A model generated the notes under the pieces. That model searched no databases, was not told the DNA's origin, and was given only the letters and a program-made list of their open reading frames with translations. This document shows, piece by piece, positions 62,645 to 64,000 of a stretch of 64,000 nucleotides of DNA (within the stretch, counting starts at the first letter, position 1; each line of letters begins with the position of its first letter). The position numbers and the translations under genes are program-made. The DNA comes from Verrucomicrobia bacterium UBA6056 (GTDB lineage: Bacteria > Verrucomicrobiota > Kiritimatiellia > SS1-B-03-39 > UBA6053): the NCBI GenBank assembly GCA_002429005.1, contig DIYK01000018.1, forward strand, positions 1-64,000. Direction: 5' to 3'.

Positions 62645-63355
62645 TTAAAAGGTTACGCCAGCCACAATGCCGGCTTTCCGGTCAGAGGTACCGAACCAGT
62701 CCAACTCGAGGCCCAAAAAGCTGTTGGGCAGAAAATGGTACAACACACGCCCGTACAGGCCAAAGTCTTGTTCAGACTCCCCATCAAAACTCGCTTCTTC
62801 CACACTGAGTGCCGTGTATTGCACCCCGCCTTCGAGCATGAGGGCCGTACTGTAGACCGGGCCGCGGCGAGCCATGGAATAGCGTTGATGCCAGCGAACC
62901 CCGAGACGACCTTCATAACTGGTCCAGTCCATATCCTCATCATCCGTGGAAGATGAACCGCCGCGTACGGCGACATCAAAGCGCAACGCCACCCAGTCAC
63001 GGGGGCCCCATTCGGGGTCAGAACGGCGTACGCTGCGCCAGGGAGCCATTCCCAAGCCCAGGCCCCAGGTCACTCCGCCATCACTTTCCGTCACCAGTTC
63101 TCCTCCATTCCAGCCTCCCTCACCCCATAATTCCAAGCCGGGGATGGGAGAAATCTGCGCGGTGACCAGCATCCGGATCAGATCGAAATTCTCGGATCGG
63201 GGGCCATCCTTGACCGGACGGGCCCAATCTTCAACACGGGCGCCCACAACCAGGCCTTCGGGGTTCCCCTCGCTAAAAGCCGCAGATCCACCCGGAAGCT
63301 GCGCAAACACGGAAACAGAACACACCGAACAAAGAAGTATTAGAAGAGATTTCAT
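62645..63355 (-). CDS. outer-membrane beta-barrel protein (OmpA-N/OmpW-like small barrel)
   Basis: Signal peptide MKSLLILLCSVCSVSVFAQ, alternating amphipathic beta-strands and a C-terminal aromatic residue (…GVTF). The start was taken at the MKSLL ATG rather than the upstream alternative given in the ORF list. Confidence 0.55.
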   Translation of the reverse strand: MKSLLILLCSVCSVSVFAQLPGGSAAFSEGNPEGLVVGARVEDWARPVKDGPRSENFDLIRMLVTAQISPIPGLELWGEGGWNGGELVTESDGGVTWGLGLGMAPWRSVRRSDPEWGPRDWVALRFDVAVRGGSSSTDDEDMDWTSYEGRLGVRWHQRYSMARRGPVYSTALMLEGGVQYTALSVEEASFDGESEQDFGLYGRVLYHFLPNSFLGLELDWFGTSDRKAGIVAGVTF

Positions 63356-63424
63356 GACCCGCATCCTTCCCAATGCCGCTGAGGAGTCAAGCCCCCAGCC
63401 CAATGCTGTCGTAAAAAAGTCTCC

Positions 63425-64000
63425 TCAGCCTTCCAAAGGCGGCAGATTTTGCTGCATGCGTTTCCGGTACGCACTGGGAGTCTCCTCACAATGCCGTTTA
63501 AATAACATCCACAACATACGCGCTTCAGGGAGACCGACAGATTGAGCAATCTCTTCAACCGTGTCTGAACTGTTGCGGAGCAAATCCCGAGCGCGTTCAA
63601 TCCTCAGAATAGCTAATTCCCGTGCCAGGGTGCGGCCTGTGGCCTTACGAAAACGCTGTTCCAGGGTTCTGCGAGGGACATGCAGTAGATCAATCAGCCC
63701 CGCAACATCAGGTAAATCCTGGAGGTGCTCATCCATGACTTCCAAGGTGCGGGCGGCTAATTCATCCTCCAACGCATAGATATCGGTGGAGTGCCGCGTG
63801 TGCAGGCGTAAGGGTGGAACCCGAATGGTCTCCAAAGGAAGCTCCGGATTGTGGATACGGGCCAAGATCCTCTCCATGGCCCGATAGCCAACCTGCCTCC
63901 CGTCCAGTTCAATACTGGAGAGGGGTAAAGGACAGAGAGCCCGTTGCATCGGGTCATCGTCCACACCCAACAACGCGAAGTGTAAGGGAATCCGCTGTAA
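63425..64000 (-). CDS. AraC/XylS-family transcriptional regulator (5' end of the gene runs off the window)
   Basis: C-terminal double HTH (…RRTLEQRFRKATGRTLARELAILRIERARDLL…VEEIAQSVGLPEARMLWMLFKRHCEETPSAYRKR). The reading frame stays open to the window edge. Confidence 0.6.
   Translation of the reverse strand, partial: LQRIPLHFALLGVDDDPMQRALCPLPLSSIELDGRQVGYRAMERILARIHNPELPLETIRVPPLRLHTRHSTDIYALEDELAARTLEVMDEHLQDLPDVAGLIDLLHVPRRTLEQRFRKATGRTLARELAILRIERARDLLRNSSDTVEEIAQSVGLPEARMLWMLFKRHCEETPSAYRKRMQQNLPPLEG

Overview
High-GC bacterial chromosomal window, densely coding, with domain content typical of the Planctomycetes-Verrucomicrobia (PVC) group: several membrane-anchored 'prenyltransferase/squalene-oxidase repeat' alpha/alpha-toroid paralogs, a BatA/MoxR/DUF58 operon, and giant coiled-coil and low-complexity proteins. 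All calls come from reading the ORF translations and the DNA by eye. No database searches were run, so family assignments rest on recognisable motifs (for example radical-SAM CxxxCxxC, GNSGGP, Walker A/B, MIDAS DxSxS, GDSL, H-box/REC, SEC-C, SufE GCQSxVWL, and the Hsp33 CxC..CxxC motif). Coordinates of hand-located small elements may be off by 1-2 nt. Main content: (1) A plus-strand operon at 116-10755: AI-2E transporter, anSME-like radical SAM/SPASM enzyme with a SEC-C tail, a tandemly duplicated HlyD-like adaptor, an LpxL-family acyltransferase, a catalytically dead HtrA-like lipoprotein, an HtrA-DJ-1 fusion protease and a TPR lipoprotein. (2) A minus-strand string of overlapping genes at 11253-24289: rlmH, a GHMP-kinase/UDPGP-pyrophosphorylase fusion, a GalU-like nucleotidyltransferase, a small protein, a 1728-aa AAA_5-ATPase coiled-coil giant, flotillin and NfeD/YqiJ. 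(3) An SGNH hydrolase, a hybrid histidine kinase with a PilJ/NarX-type sensor, a PL22-like beta-propeller, an anchored vWA protein and tRNA-Leu(GAG). (4) A glycoside-utilisation cluster: GH3, a DMT transporter, a Gfo/Idh/MocA oxidoreductase, a TIM-barrel sugar isomerase/epimerase-like protein and an AraC regulator. (5) A MoxR-DUF58-BatA-vWA operon extended by a 1171-aa membrane protein full of poly-Q, poly-G, (GEA)n and (SGQ)n tracts and by a secreted alpha/alpha-toroid protein. (6) PhoU, a metal ABC transporter (SBP, unknown ORF, ATPase, permease) with a perfect Fur/Zur-like palindrome at its start, and thymidine phosphorylase, PNP and a HAD hydrolase. (7) Three more anchored alpha/alpha-toroid paralogs (two of them in tandem), Maf, SufE, a Zn-ribbon coiled-coil protein coupled to Hsp33, an outer-membrane beta-barrel protein and a partial AraC regulator. 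No CRISPR array, IS element or rRNA was seen.
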